Below the pieces are notes generated by a model. The model ran no database searches. It saw nothing but the letters and a program-made list of their open reading frames with translations, and had not been told where the DNA came from. From Iphione sp. A-MEVVRFRX5 (taxonomy: Eukaryota): DNA of 64,000 nucleotides. How positions within the stretch are numbered: the first letter of the stretch is position 1; each line of letters starts with the position of its first letter. The position numbers and the translations under genes were made by a program. Location: contig OZ320314.1 in NCBI GenBank assembly GCA_976226885.1, positions 61,256,001 to 61,320,000 of the forward strand, written 5' to 3'. Shown here in pieces: positions 14,259 through 27,625 of the stretch.

Positions 14259-14350
14259 GGCCACAATACTTCTCCAGGTCGGAAGACTGTCTGATACTAA
14301 TACCTCGTGGTGTAAGTATAAAAATCCTCAAGTTCGTATGTCCATGTTGT

Positions 14351-14711
14351 CCATCTGCAGGGCGAAGCCCATGATCTACCCAGCTTACTGTGTTAGGCCC
14401 CACTACTACAGACCTTCTCCGATTATTGAGTGCTGCCGCCTGCGTTGGCTGCTCGCGGTTGCGGGAGTTTCTCGTACGATGGCAGCACCAACGTCTGCGA
14501 GGCAGCCTCGATTCCGGAGGCGGCGAGCAACTCGCACCGAGCTGTTGTTCACCATCTGCTCACTATATCGCTCGATCCACGAAGGTTTTTGCTCGTAGAG
14601 AGCTCCATCTGCCCTTCCATCTGGACTGTACCATGCAGCCTTTTTCAGTGGCTCGTTGTATTGGTCCTGTTCCATCTGCGCTACGAGCAGATGACAAGCG
14701 CTACCAGATGG
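14351..14711. promoter_or_regulatory. Homotypic cluster of seven CAGATG/CATCTG E-boxes upstream of the large gene
   Basis: Sites at 14352, 14553, 14606, 14618, 14673, 14688 and 14705; six match the 7-mer CAGATGG. Two TGACG half-sites follow at about 14718-14737. Confidence 0.6.
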
Positions 14712-17681
14712 GCGTGCTGACGTAGGGTTTGACGTTTACAATGGGTCCGATACAATGGATTCTAGACTAGAACTATAATAGTCAGGTATTGCCGCTGGCC
14801 TATGTCACCGCCGTGTTAATTAAACGCGGGGATATTTGTCATCTTCAGCCTTTCCTCCACGGTGCACACTATACCAGTTCGCCTAACTTAAGATTATACA
14901 TGAACACACATTTTGCCATAGGGATTCCCGGAAAAAAATTCGTTTTTTTTGCTAATTTACATAAATGGAAGTCCATTATTATCTACATACGTAGACGTAA
15001 ACCTCTAGCCGTCCCACTCCTCACAGAGCCTGTTAATACGAAACACCTGCTACATGTAACAGGAAAATAACTACGCATATGCGAATAAATAAAGAACCAC
15101 AAAGTCGTTATCTTGCCACCGCAACAGCCTCATTCATAATCCACCAGACCCTTGCCTAACACCCCAACCGCATCCTCCGCCACACACAAGATAGATATTA
15201 GTCGCTAACCAAATTATAAAATTTCTCTTGTTCTTCAATGGAGATGGATTACTTTCCTTCATGGGAGTACGGGCGCCTGGCTAGCCATCACTAATCCGCT
15301 TACAAGCCAGTCTACGGCCATACCGTAGTAGACATGTAGGAGTCTGAACACTGTCGGTTGTTTGTGAACTCCAAGTATAAGATGCGACCTGATGAATTTG
15401 TGTAACGACGATTTTTTTCCGTGTGAAAATGCGTGTGATCTTGAATCATTTGTGCTTTTATGCAGCTGTCTTGCAAAAATTAGATGCTCGGGTCAGACCG
15501 GAACATGATTTATTTAGAATGCATGGACATGTAGATACGAGGACTAGGCATGTAGTTTATTCTTGAACTAGCAACATATTTGTACAAAACACCTCAGGCT
15601 ATAGTAGGCTACAGATATATATGGGTTCAGCAAAACGAAAGGAAATAGGCAGTGATGTCAAGATGTCGGAAACAGGGAGGAACAGTATTACTAGCCGCGG
15701 TTACCATAGATACGGTCTTACCACACGGATCGTCCGACTGGAGATTCGCAAAATATGCTTTTGGTGAACAGAAACCAAGAAACAAGAGCTCGAGATATAA
15801 AACAACAATGTACATGTATACATATATCGATGCACCTTCTACCAAAACCAAAGGAAATGGCAAGCGTTGATAAAAACTGAAAAGTATCATTTTAAATAAA
15901 AACAGACTACTAAATATGAAAGTTACAAAATCAGCAAAGCCATTTCCCAAGGTATACCATCATCCTGTGCTCTATTCCTCCACTAAGATTACGGCAATGG
16001 CGAATACGTCAGTCATAAACATGTGCACTTATCTGCAATCGGTCAATGTGTGGATAAAAAAAAGCTTACACTCTAAGTAAAGGCAGGAATGGCCTCGGCC
16101 ATTTCACTCTTGCTATAAATGACGATCTATAATATACACGGGGTGTTATTAATCTGAAGTTTAACAGGATGCTATCGACTTTCTCGTATTTTTTGTGCCG
16201 CCGGCTAGTGCGTAATGTCCAAGAATGGAAGATGCCAGACAACTAAATATGTATGTATGTATGTATGTATATATATAAATATGTACACGGATACATCTGT
16301 GTACATGGATAACATCATTTCACTGCAAATGTTGAACCACTATGGACGAGCTATTTTACCACGTAGATGACGCAGTGCGCTTTTCATTGGCTTGGTTCTA
16401 CAGAGAAAATATCAATTTTAAAGAGAGAAAAACTCCAGACAGGGACTGTTTCCCGTGCTCTCGTCCATCACTGCAGATCAGCCCGCGTGGCTTCCTCCCC
16501 GAGGAGTATGGCTGGCTGGCGCGGCTTCATTTGTCAAAGCCACTGGTGCAAACGCCGCCTTGCCAAGTAGCAAAGACAAAACACCAGGACGACAGAGACG
16601 TCCCTGCTCCGAGTACTAGTTCGCAGCCCCTCCACACGATTCTTTTGCCGATTGGCAGGTTGCAATTTTCCCTTCCGCTCGGGGTTTGAATAAGGTCACA
16701 ATTAGATGAAATCAGTATGTATCAGAGATACCCACCTCCCTGTACTGTACTCAACAGATTAACAAAGACACGCCCTGACCGCGGGAGTATCGATCAGAGG
16801 CATCCGAATAGCTAATGGATATTAACGAATTGCCTTTAATTGGATGGGACTGCATGGGGACGATGAGTGCTGAACAAGAAACGGATCTAAAAGTGTAACA
16901 ATTAATGTCCACGCTGTAATGAATATCAGAGCAGTGACTCTTACCATGTGAATATTGATGTCTTGTTGATAAAACAGCGGAGGAAAGCTTCAAGTAGAAG
17001 CGCACATCCGGTTCCTGTTTTGGTGTGACCGGGCCACCATGTGAACGGAGCAGATATATACGTCGGACGCTCGAGAGGTACATTAAAGCTGAAACTGGTT
17101 GTTTTCTTGTCGCGCTCCCCCTCCACAGAGAACCGCCCAGCCCTGCCAGCATGCAGGCTCTGATCCCCTGCGATCATAGTGATCATTCCACGACCCTATC
17201 GGACCGTGGAGAGGTACGTAAGAATGGCGGGGGGGGGGGGGTGTAAGAAAGGACAATACCAATAGGCCCTTCGGTCTCTCCACACCACGCATATTCTACA
17301 CAAAGGAACTGACCATCACTGATCTCCCATCCGCTCTACCCATGGGCTGAACTGGGGCTTCAACCGGAGAGCCTTGCTGTTGGGTGACTTTGAACCATGT
17401 TATTACCCGCGTGACCTAAAGGCACAGGCACTGGCATCCTTAACGCTATAGGCGACGTATGTTCAACACTGAGTCGTTTTGAATAGCTAATTCCCATATA
17501 GGCACACGTGTTAAGGCAAAACAAACTCATCTCTGTGAATTCCATACCGACTGATTACATGTACAGAGAGAATTCCAAAACCGAACGATCGCCGTTTCCA
17601 CCAAAATCGTTTGGTTTTGGGATAATTCGGATTTCGATCTTCTCTCTCTCTTTCTACTTAAATGTGCATACTCTCTGAAAC

Positions 17682-17806
17682 GTCCAAAAAGTGCGGAATT
17701 TGATGACTTCAAGTCCAAAAAGTGCGGAATTTGATGACTTTAAGTCCAAAAGGTGCTGAATTTGATGACTAAAAGTCCAAAAAGTGCTGAATTTGATGAC
17801 TAAAAG
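17682..17806. repeat. 31-bp tandem repeat, about 4 copies
   Basis: GTCCAAAA unit starts at 17682, 17713, 17744 and 17775. Confidence 0.9.
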
Positions 17807-17821
17807 TGACTAAAAGAGGTA

Positions 17822-18045
17822 TGAGATACAGCTCCTCCAGGGTGTGAGGAACTTCAGAGAGGTCGCTGTTGACACCCCCTACCTCTCCCACCTCTCCGGG
17901 GGTGTGAGATACAGCTCCTCCAGGGTGAGAGGAACTTCAGAGAGGTCGCTCTTGACACCCCCTACCTCTCCCACCTCTCCGGGGGTGTGAGATACAGCTC
18001 CTCCAGGGTGTGAGGAACTTCAGAGAGGTCGCTCTTGACACCCCC
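17822..18045. repeat. 83-bp tandem repeat, about 2.7 near-identical copies
   Basis: TGAGATACAGCTCC unit starts at 17822, 17905 and 17988. Confidence 0.9.
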
Positions 18046-20465
18046 ATCAAAGGGGTAGCGATTTGGAGGGGAACTGAGCTGTCAAGGATTCGGATTTCGA
18101 GTACAATTTTCACTAATTTTAATGAAATACCATCGTTCGGATTTGGAATTGGCATATTTCGTATATCTGAGTAGCTAAATACAGGAAAATGATTCGTCCG
18201 CGGAAATATCGTTCGGTTTTGGGGCGGTTCGGATTTGGAGTGTTCGGACTTGGAGTATTGTCTGTATTTACAACGAGCCCTTTCATGCTACTCTAGCAGA
18301 GTACGACTTCTGTGGGAGCATTTACTAGCATTCGAGGTGAGATCACAACCATTTGCATGCAGCTGAAGGAATATTGGACATATTACGCATTTCCAGCCCT
18401 CCCACTACCAGATAGTCTGGCAACCTCTAGCTGATATATGGGCTGCGGCTATTGACAACCGAGAACTGCCTTCTCCGTTTTCCGTTTTTATCCATGTTGG
18501 GCCCTTTGGTGGCAGGCATGCACTGTGGCGTATTATCTTCAGAAAGGCTGCGTTAGCCTGAGGCGATGCTGCCACGACTAATCTCTAGTGAAAGCAGTGG
18601 TCGGACGCTGCCGATCCCGCTTTTAACCAGTACTCGGCGTCCTACAACGTCTAGCTATAGTGCGGACAGCGTCTGTCTTTCGGCTCCAATGATCATTCCT
18701 ATTGACCACATTTATGTCCTTTATAGCATATTGAACCTTTAACAAACTGAAGTCCCATCCAACATAACTAAGGACAACGGTTCCTTGTAGTTATGTGCAC
18801 CAAGGGTACGAAAGGGGGCGGGAGATTTTTGTATTTGTTGATGACATCGTAAATGGCAAAAAGTATTAACTGAGACAGCGCAGATAATGGCAAGATGACA
18901 CATCAACAGAAATATTCGTTAGTCAACATCAATCCCCTTACAAGTTAACGTAAATGAATAACTGGGAAGTAGTGCTTGTTTTTAATATCAAGTAACGTTT
19001 AAACAAATAATATCCAATAATGATCACACACTTTGAGAAAATCAGAACAACTTGAACACAGTTTATCAATTCAACATAAAAGTGTCATACATCACATGGA
19101 CCCAAGTCTCCCCAATGGATACCTATGGCTATACAGAAATATTCTAGATAGGAAAATGTTTATTACACTACAAGGCTATGGAGCTCTGCTGTTATTGAGA
19201 AAGACTGCTGGGCACGAGAGAAGCGTTACCTGTAAAGGTCAGGTAGGGAGGTGCACGACGAGACCCCTCTGGCAAACTTGTTCACTTCAGGGCCTGGTGG
19301 GTTCTGCACTCTACCGTATCTAATGTGCGTACAGTTTTCCTACATTAAACTTAGTCACTCGCTTTTGTTGACGTGCTGTTATGGGACATTCCTCATCCAG
19401 CTTAATGTGACCACATTTTAGCCTTACAACCTTACCAAAAAGGCATGACTTCAAATTCAATACGTGCCTTTTTGGTGTTGAATATTACGTTGTCTATAAC
19501 TGAGCAATATGTGGGACTCTTCAGGCTGCAGCTGATCAGCTGAAATATATTTACTTATTGACATAAATTAACATAACGTATAATGGAAACAGAAATTACA
19601 GTGACCCGAAGATCAGCTTTGAGTGTAACTTTGCTCTGGAACGGCATATTATGATGGTTAGAGCATTGCTATTATCTTCGGACGTAAATTACATGTTATA
19701 CTGTATGGCGAGAGCTGAAGGAGTAAGCAGCCTGGCAGACCTGCTGCTTCGACTTGTTGCTCACACGGTCGATGCTCGCTGGCGCCATGTTTCCTCCATG
19801 TTAGCCATCACACTGTCGCATCCCTCCCATACACTCCATCCACCACCACCCCTATTCCCATCACCACCATCACCACTTCTGCACACATCCTTTTGTAAGT
19901 ACGTCCCGACCGAGAACGGGCAGAGAGAGCCATGAGATAGCCACTCGTTTTAGTGTGGGTCGAGCTGCCCAATAAGGTCAGAAATTGACAAATATCCCGA
20001 CGAGGTCGGGCAGTAAATGCAGCTCGCCAGCGATTTAGCGGGTTTACATGTACAGCATCAAGCAATCAGTGGGGGTTAGGGTGGGGGAAGCATGGAGCAG
20101 TATTAGCGTCAAGCTGTGGTCCGGTCGTATTACACCCATACAACTATGGACAGTGCTGCTGATGGACTAGAGGGCCAAAATCAGCGCTCGAGATCCTCCT
20201 CTCAACTTAGGCAGTCAGCTGCATTATCTTTCGTTGTAATTTTTAAAACTTTATTTATACTGTAATACAGTAATAATATATATCCAATATTTTACAATGT
20301 CTTTTGTAAACATCCTCGGCTTTACAGTTGTCAAATAAATCATGCGGCAAAGAAATGGTGGCTATTAGTTCCACGTACATGTAAACTGTACTATAAGCAT
20401 ATTCCCAAGTCCTCCACATTCAAGACAATACACAGGTTTGACAACAGGCTATATATCTAGCTTAA

Positions 20466-21498
20466 CCCTTTCCTGACTGGGAAAAGTGGAGTTTGGGGTA
20501 CTGGTACTGGTTGTTTTCTATATCATGTTAAGCTATAGGATTTCATACTCTAGTTTCTTTGTAATGTATATCAAAAGAAAGCCTTTGAATTGCATATTAT
20601 TTTGAAAAAAAAATCATCTATTTGGTTGCCATGGCAACAAGACTGGATTGAACATGAGATGTAGTTTTTTAAATTTGCACTTAATTTACCCTATTTACAT
20701 GAATTGAAAGCAAACACTAAAAGATATTGCTCCTAGAGGAAAATGTTCTATTAAGAAAGTGTTCAGGAAGTGATTTCCAGTGTTTTGATACCTAATTGGT
20801 CCCTGTAAGTGATTTGAAACACATTTTGTCATGACCTGTAAGTATACATGTTTTGTGCAAAATAGTGCATCACCATATGCATCAGCATCACTGATGCATC
20901 ATAGGATATGTAAAAAAGAGAAATAATCATAATTGGTCAAAGAATACTGGTCAAATATGACTATTAAAAAAATAAACTATGAATCTAATCACCACTCTGG
21001 GACAAAAATTGAGAACAGGTGGCCTTTATCACATAAAAGTAATATAAAATATTCAAAATAATTCTGTAATAATTACATGCATTTTGTGTTAATAAAGAAG
21101 GTTATAGGACATTATATGCTATAGGTTTAGTATTATTCCCACTAACAATTCATCAAAAACTTCTGATAAGCTAAAGGAATAAACACTCATGTTTCATGGA
21201 AATAATTTGAGAATATAGCATGAATTTATCAGTTATTTATTTACAGTTTTAATGCACATTTGTATTAAAATGTCTACAAAAATATGTGAAAACGTTCATT
21301 TCTGAGGTTATTAGAGGTCATGTTACTCCTTTTCCATGATTACCAATGTACTTTTACAAAATTTCAAATGACAGTGAATGCCTTATGATATCATCTTGTT
21401 TTGTATGAAAAATGCATATAAAATATCAATAATCTAGCCCATGGATTGAATATAATCGACCACCAGTGATCGATTTACCATTGCTGGTCCTTAAAGGG
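20466..21498. mobile_element. piggyBac-like non-autonomous element (TTAA TSD)
   Basis: TTAA|CCCTTTCCTGACTGG ... CTGGTCCTTAAAGGG|TTAA. Imperfect 15-bp TIR and AT-rich non-coding interior. Confidence 0.6.
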
Positions 21499-22310
21499 TT
21501 AATATTAGGCTGGATCTCCATGGTGTGTCTCGGTGTTTTCACAGTGAAAAGTGGGGAAAATGCTCATCACCAGGAGTGTCTCCATTTAGCACTTTCTGTG
21601 TAGTGTGTTTTTGGAATGGGAAGAGTCCCATCCTGCTATGTTTTCATGTCTGCGTATGTGTGTTTGGAATGGGAACTATGATTAACCACAGGAGTCATCC
21701 AAGGTACTACTTTTGTACAACCACTATGTAGGGTTAATACGGTATGACATTTTCATGATGCTTCATGGCAATGAAAACATGCTATACAGTATATAGATAA
21801 ATGACTCAGCTTTATCAATCATGTTGGAATACATGTACAACATGGGGCATTGGTGAATAGTATTTGATGGTGTCTCCTCTTAATATTTTTGAATGGTGGC
21901 TATTATTCTGCATGATATCATATTCCATATCCTCAATATTCATGACAGAACACTGTAGGGCTTGGATGAAGAAATATATTATATATGCCCAGAAAACTTA
22001 CAAACTGTTCGCGGCACTGCCCCACTGGAATGGTTTGAGTCCAAAACAAACTTAAAATAAGGAACAAAGCAAATGTATAAATAAAAACAAATGCACTAAT
22101 GAATGGGACTATGTTGGCCAGTCACAGAGTCATTTTATTCATCTGAATAGGTCATCGTGGTGAGTAAGAACTTTGTCATCTTTGCAAAAATATTACTCAC
22201 ATGAGGTTTAGCACACCATATAGTACGTTTATCCACATAAATGTACATATGTTGCTTACTACATGGTGTCCTACTCTGTTCAGGTGTATTTAATGTTTAG
22301 GAAGTGCAAA

Positions 22311-22410
22311 AACTACCACTACTACTACTACTTCTACCTACTACTACCTAGTACTATTACTACCTACTACTACTAGTTCTACTACTACCTACTACTACTA
22401 CTACTACTAC
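22311..22410. repeat. (TAC)n microsatellite abutting an assembly gap
   Basis: Direct inspection; N-run 22422-22551. Confidence 0.9.
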
Positions 22411-24313
22411 TTGATGATGATNNNNNNNNNNNNNNNNNNNNNNNNNNNNNNNNNNNNNNNNNNNNNNNNNNNNNNNNNNNNNNNNNNNNNNNNNNNNNNN
22501 NNNNNNNNNNNNNNNNNNNNNNNNNNNNNNNNNNNNNNNNNNNNNNNNNNNCACAACAACATTTCTAATCAAACCTTTAACCTTGTACATTGAAAAAATC
22601 TATGGAAGATGATAGTACTTCTCAATAAAGCTTTCGAAGATGTTACTTATGTACACTATTCACTTGAAAATCTCGGGTGTATCCTGCAGAAGCTGAATTA
22701 AATATTTTAACTGACAATTGTCGTATGGATAGCTATTCGTCGCAATAAAATGTCCATGCAACTGGCCACAACGAATACTTGTCGAGAAAACATTATCATG
22801 GACCGTGAAGCAGAAGGTCGCTCCAGTTCAAGATGAACGTGCAGTTTCCAAGAATGTGGCTTTGACAACCCAAAATTGTAAATTAACAAAACAACGGCAA
22901 ACTACCACACAGCAGCGTTATGGGTGTCACTCTGGGCAAACGTGCGATGTTATTCTTGTGAAAATGAATTGACCTGCCCTGGCCATGAGAACATTTCAAC
23001 ATGCAGCGCCGCTCTCACGGAGCCGAATCGCAGGCGTGATTTATATACATAACAATAATAAAGGACTGACTAAAAACTGTCCATAAAGAGGGGTGTCCTT
23101 TATAGCAGGGGTATTCAAACATGATTGAACGCGGGGAGAGAGTGTACTATACGTCATTAACCAACCAACCAGGAATCCTGCGTAACTCGTCCCTTATTCC
23201 GTTCACCCTTATTATGCAAGCTACATGTTGTCTAACGAATCTTCAGAGAAAAATACAAATACCCCTCCCCAATTCCAATCCTCACTGTGAGTACTGACCA
23301 TTATCATTTCGATAACACGTGAAATTAAACACTCACTTGCCTTTCCTGTCAAGCGTCAGTTTCATTTTCAGCTTCTCTCAGATATTTCAATAACTCCATT
23401 GTATGCTGAGGATATAAAGGTGCCTATAGGGTTCTACCATGGTATAAATATGGTATTCAATATTTGACCAGAGACTCAGCAGCTTGATCTCTCGCACCAC
23501 CGACCTCCTGACAGCGGCACCAAATCAGGATCTTTTTGTTCCGATCTGGCTGAACTGCCCGAGACGAGGTGGATTTCGATTTGATTCCCTTTGTTTTAGG
23601 TGTGAAGCTCTCCGTGGTTCAAGGTCTGACAGGTTGGACCAGCTACGACGCGGCACGTTTGAATGAACCGCCTTCGTGGAATGGCATGACAATCATGTCT
23701 ATTGCCTGTACAGCTTATATTGTCACGGCTCGAGAGTCGGTTGGACACCTATCTCCTGAGTCGATAGCAAGTCTCCCGCTCTGGTGGTAAGGTATATGCC
23801 TACAGACTGCGAGGCCCTACGTCAAGATCCTGGTGCACGCTTGTTTTATATATCTTATTTTCACACATGATCCCAACCCTGTAATTCCAATGTAAAGGCT
23901 GTCTGCTAGGCTATACAGAGACTTCAGTTGGGCTGCCATCCTCATGTGCTATCTATACTTTCAGAACTACACTTAGTTCGAATCCCTCATGAACTGGTAA
24001 ACGATATAGACGCACGTTCTACTGCCAAGTTATGGTAATTTCAACTGTAGTTTGTTAACCTTTGACTGGCGATGATTGGATTCTATAAGACTAGACACAT
24101 GGATAGCTCTAGAGACGATGTAGATTGCAGCCACTTATTGCATGTAGACGTAGCAGCTGCGATGCAATCTACAAAGTTCTTGTGTTTATTGGAGGCCTGA
24201 TATGCTGCTCATAATTTCCGCACCAAAAAAAACGTAGAAGGAGACAGTGGTCCACAGAAGGTAAAAACACTTAGGATACGAACTGCTGATGGAGAATGCA
24301 CCTATGCAGGGAA

Positions 24314-24655
24314 GGGAGTTCGCTCAGTGGTAGAGCACTGGTCCACTGACTGAGAGGTCGCAGGTCCAATCCTGGGCCTGGGACTCTTGATCAAGACCAG
24401 ACAGCTTTAATGTAGTCCTAACCCAGAGTGGTCCATAACTCATAAAAAGGCCGTGGGCATATAGCATTCTGTCCCCTATGCACAAAATGAACCGAGAAAC
24501 CTCTTTGAAATAAGAGTAAGGGACAACCCTGGGTATTCTGGTCTCTCAATTCTCAACAATAGATGGTAGTATGCTACCCCAGGAGGATATGGAAGAGCCT
24601 GGTAATGTGATAAGGAATATCTAGCTCCTGGTAAAAGATAAAATGAAATGAAAAT
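24314..24655 (+). mobile_element. tRNA-headed SINE (central domain resembles the Meta-SINE domain)
   Basis: A box TCGCTCAGTGG (24320-30), B box GGTCCAATCC (24363-72) and a tRNA-like head. Body aaaaaggccgtgg...cattctgtc...gaaataagagta resembles the Meta domain from memory (not searched). Tail of (AAATG)-like repeats. Confidence 0.7.
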
Positions 24656-26464
24656 GCAGAGCAGCTTCGGCTCATGTGCACCACTGCTTACGCTCGGAGT
24701 GGGCGAGAGTTAACGTTTCAGCTTCTGTTGAAAGTCCTGTACATCTGTACTCACAACATTCAAAGTGATGTAACGATTAGTGAGAGGATCACACACCTTC
24801 GGAGCCAGCGTATGGTATGGGTAGGGTCGCCCTCCCTGGGACAGGGGCAAGTGGGTAGCTGCCCCTCGTCTAAAGCAGGACAGGTTTCCTGTGTGAAGGA
24901 GAGGCCCGCACCGTTATAGGCTGCCGACATAAGGCCAGGTGAACTGCTTATTTTCCCCTCTTTTATCTTTTTTTCCCATACATCAAGAGTGAAGCACATG
25001 AAAACTCGCTTCCAAATTGAGTCTGGACAAGTCTGGTCCTGTTTGATATTTAACACTTTAAACGTGGTTTAAATGTGTGCCGGGGACATGTTCTGAAAAG
25101 GGAAAAGATGTCCTCTTTTTTTTAGGTAAATGCAAACGACGATCTGAACAGCCTGTAATATCAGAGCACAGGGATCACGTTCACCTGAAGGGCCTCTGTA
25201 AAGGTCATCCTGGCTGTTGACAGCACGCATCGCTTAACCAAAGAGCAATGTATCGCCTTACAGGCACCACCTCAGTGAACAACCGCATATGTGTGAAGAC
25301 GTAGTCAACAGAAGGAAGTTGGTTTCTTTTTGGAAGCGAATCATGACTTGGCGGCTAACAATTTTTACATATGCCGATGGGGGGGAGGGGCTTTGTGCCG
25401 AATCAGGAGCGCTCTTGTGTCCACCAATACCAGTCACACATGAATAGCTATAGTCTGTGATTCGCATCAACATGGGATGCTCTGCATATTAGGCTGGTGT
25501 TTTGACTGCAGCAAACAATATGGTTTGGTCTCGTGCATATTGCCGTGTAAATATTACCTCTCTTTCATGCATTCGATATCCGAGTAGACATGACTTAAGA
25601 AATTGACCTGTTATTTTTGCCTTAAAAATACGTTCGTGCTAGTTTGGCATGTAAAATGTACCTAAATATTCATATCAGTAAGGATAAATATGAGTATTTT
25701 ACATGTTCATGTACACACTATATATTTGTGCATACCTAAAACCTAAAATAAACTACTTAAAATATCAACAGACTAAGATACAGTTTCGGTCAAATGAAAC
25801 TTCGCTTTTCCAGTGAATTGTGCTATAAGTAATACGATACTGCAATGTATGTGCAGTAGTTATAAGAAAGATATATGGACAACTGGAGTTGGCTATGATG
25901 TTGGCATTCTTTTTTAAGACGTGGCCAGCAAGTGCGTGCCTGGCAAAGTCCTATTGTTTTCAACAGATATTTTATCCGTTTTACATGCGACTGGGGAACA
26001 AAGGTCAAAACGGACCACTTAACCTTGTCAAATGAATACATGTGGTAAAACGGAAAAATACAAAAATTACGATGTTATAATACCAAAGCATACATGAACG
26101 TACACAACTATCAACAGCTATTAAACACCAGGTTTGGAACACATTCAGTTCTGCTCGCCACTGTCAGTATCAAACATGACATTTTCGTAAAGTGTGATGG
26201 GTGAGGTCTGTGTCACCACAGCCATCCGACCGACAAAAAGTGAAGAAGTAGTGGAGAAGACTATACACGAATTAATTGTTAAACCTTAAATAACGCGATG
26301 TATTCTATCCTGTTCAACCTTTTGGGAGAGCGATTCATAGCTACCGTAAATCTGTATGTGATGAGGTTCAAGCTATAAGGTTAAAGCAAATTCTTGGCTT
26401 TCGATTATCTTATGTAGAGAGAATCAACAATCCCCATAAAATTAAAATATACATGGACCTAGAG

Positions 26465-27625
26465 TCACATTAATTTATCATAGATATAAAATAATTCTGA
26501 AATTTTACCAAATATTCTGTACTGTTGAGGAAATGCGATGAGACAGAGCACCCAAAATAGCACACTCAGCAATATAAAGCGTCGACTTACCCCAGGCTCA
26601 GACTTGGGCACGAGAACGGGCGTGTTGTCATTACAGTCGAGCCTCCCGAACACCGGGTCCTCCTTCGCCTCTCCCTCCGCCTCCGCCTCCTCCATCCTCC
26701 TTCCTTCTGCAACATGAACACCAACAAATGTCACACACCTCTTCCCTTTTCGTCCTGCCCTGCCATCAGCTGCAGGGTGGGCAGTTCGGCCATGCCGATA
26801 CTTGCAGGAGTCGGCCAACGTACAATCCTCACTGGCTAAGCGTGGGTCGCTCCTAGTCCGGCGGCAGGCCACGCGTTGGTCGGCTAGAAGATCTAGATAG
26901 GCCCTTGGCTTAAGGATCAGCCTGCTGGGAGGGGAGCCTGAGGAACCCTTCCTCGAGTTGGCACAGGCGGCCTGCTGCTGTAGCAGGCCAGTTCGACAGC
27001 CTGATTGGGACGGCCTGATAGCAGCGTGGCGACCCTTACCATACCTCATGATGAATGACTGCCTACGGGGTCCATCCGGGTGAGTGTGAAAGGGCCCCTC
27101 AGGATGGCGGCCACTGCTGACTGGATCAGCAATAGCCCGCGTAATGACATAAACGGTCCGGTTACCGCGTTCAGTGCTCGGGCTAGCCGTACTAACTTTA
27201 CCACCACTGGCCCCCTCTGCGCCCGTTGCCCCGACTTTCCCCCCAAGCTCTGGGCTACAGGTGTAAAAACTCCGGCACTCACGTGACGGTCTCCTGGGCG
27301 GCCCGCATCCTTCCTTGCGAGCCCTCGGCAGGCGCTCGGCCTGACTGACATACCTCTCAGCCTGACAAAAACACCCCCATGGGGTGACCAGATAAAGTAC
27401 TTTCTCCCACAGCGCCGCCCGCCCTCCACGGCTAAGCCAGAAAGCCTTCTGCTGGTGGCTGACTTTGTTAGCAATGACAGGAGGTATGTGGGCCTTCTTT
27501 GCGCGAGCTTCCTGTCCCTCTTCCTCCTCATTTTCCTCCTCGTCTGAGTCTTTCTCCCCCATAGCCATCTTGTCTGCTCTATGGCTGTGTACGCTAGTAA
27601 TGACAATGCCACACGGTCTGTTCAT
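26465..27625 (-). CDS. 386-aa ORF, low-complexity protein with a C-terminal transmembrane helix (tail-anchored-like); single coding exon or terminal exon
   Basis: Uninterrupted GC-rich ORF with acidic stretches and a hydrophobic RR-FILLSVLFWVLCLIAF segment about 23 aa from the C-terminus. Splice acceptor ccaccttag| lies 4 nt upstream of the ATG (exon starts 27629). Family not recognised. Confidence 0.7.
   Translation of the reverse strand: MNRPCGIVITSVHSHRADKMAMGEKDSDEEENEEEEGQEARAKKAHIPPVIANKVSHQQKAFWLSRGGRAALWEKVLYLVTPWGCFCQAERYVSQAERLPRARKEGCGPPRRPSRECRSFYTCSPELGGKVGATGAEGASGGKVSTASPSTERGNRTVYVITRAIADPVSSGRHPEGPFHTHPDGPRRQSFIMRYGKGRHAAIRPSQSGCRTGLLQQQAACANSRKGSSGSPPSRLILKPRAYLDLLADQRVACRRTRSDPRLASEDCTLADSCKYRHGRTAHPAADGRAGRKGKRCVTFVGVHVAEGRRMEEAEAEGEAKEDPVFGRLDCNDNTPVLVPKSEPGVSRRFILLSVLFWVLCLIAFPQQYRIFGKISELFYIYDKLM

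Larger units (their letters stand above)
17564..18264. mobile_element. Tc1/mariner-pogo-like MITE carrying two internal tandem arrays
   Basis: TA|CAGA...TCTG|TA ends. Sub-terminal CCAAAACCGAACGAT inverted at both ends. Confidence 0.65.

Noticed and set aside
14420-14510. PAN/apple-like peptide IIECCRL / GCGSFSYDGSTNVCE on the plus strand
   Set aside because: Needs a frameshift, has no exon context, and overlaps the E-box cluster and the opposite-strand gene start; probably coincidence.
17682-18045. Tandem arrays as CRISPR-like loci (also 54144-54343 and 54840-55000)
   Set aside because: No unique spacers, no cas genes, eukaryotic context; ordinary minisatellites.
23599-23790. Plus-strand candidate exon (good acceptor and donor, one open frame, TATAAATA upstream)
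   Set aside because: No partner exons or recognisable product, so it cannot be supported from sequence alone.
23976-23985. GTTCGAATCC B-box
   Set aside because: No A box or cloverleaf upstream.
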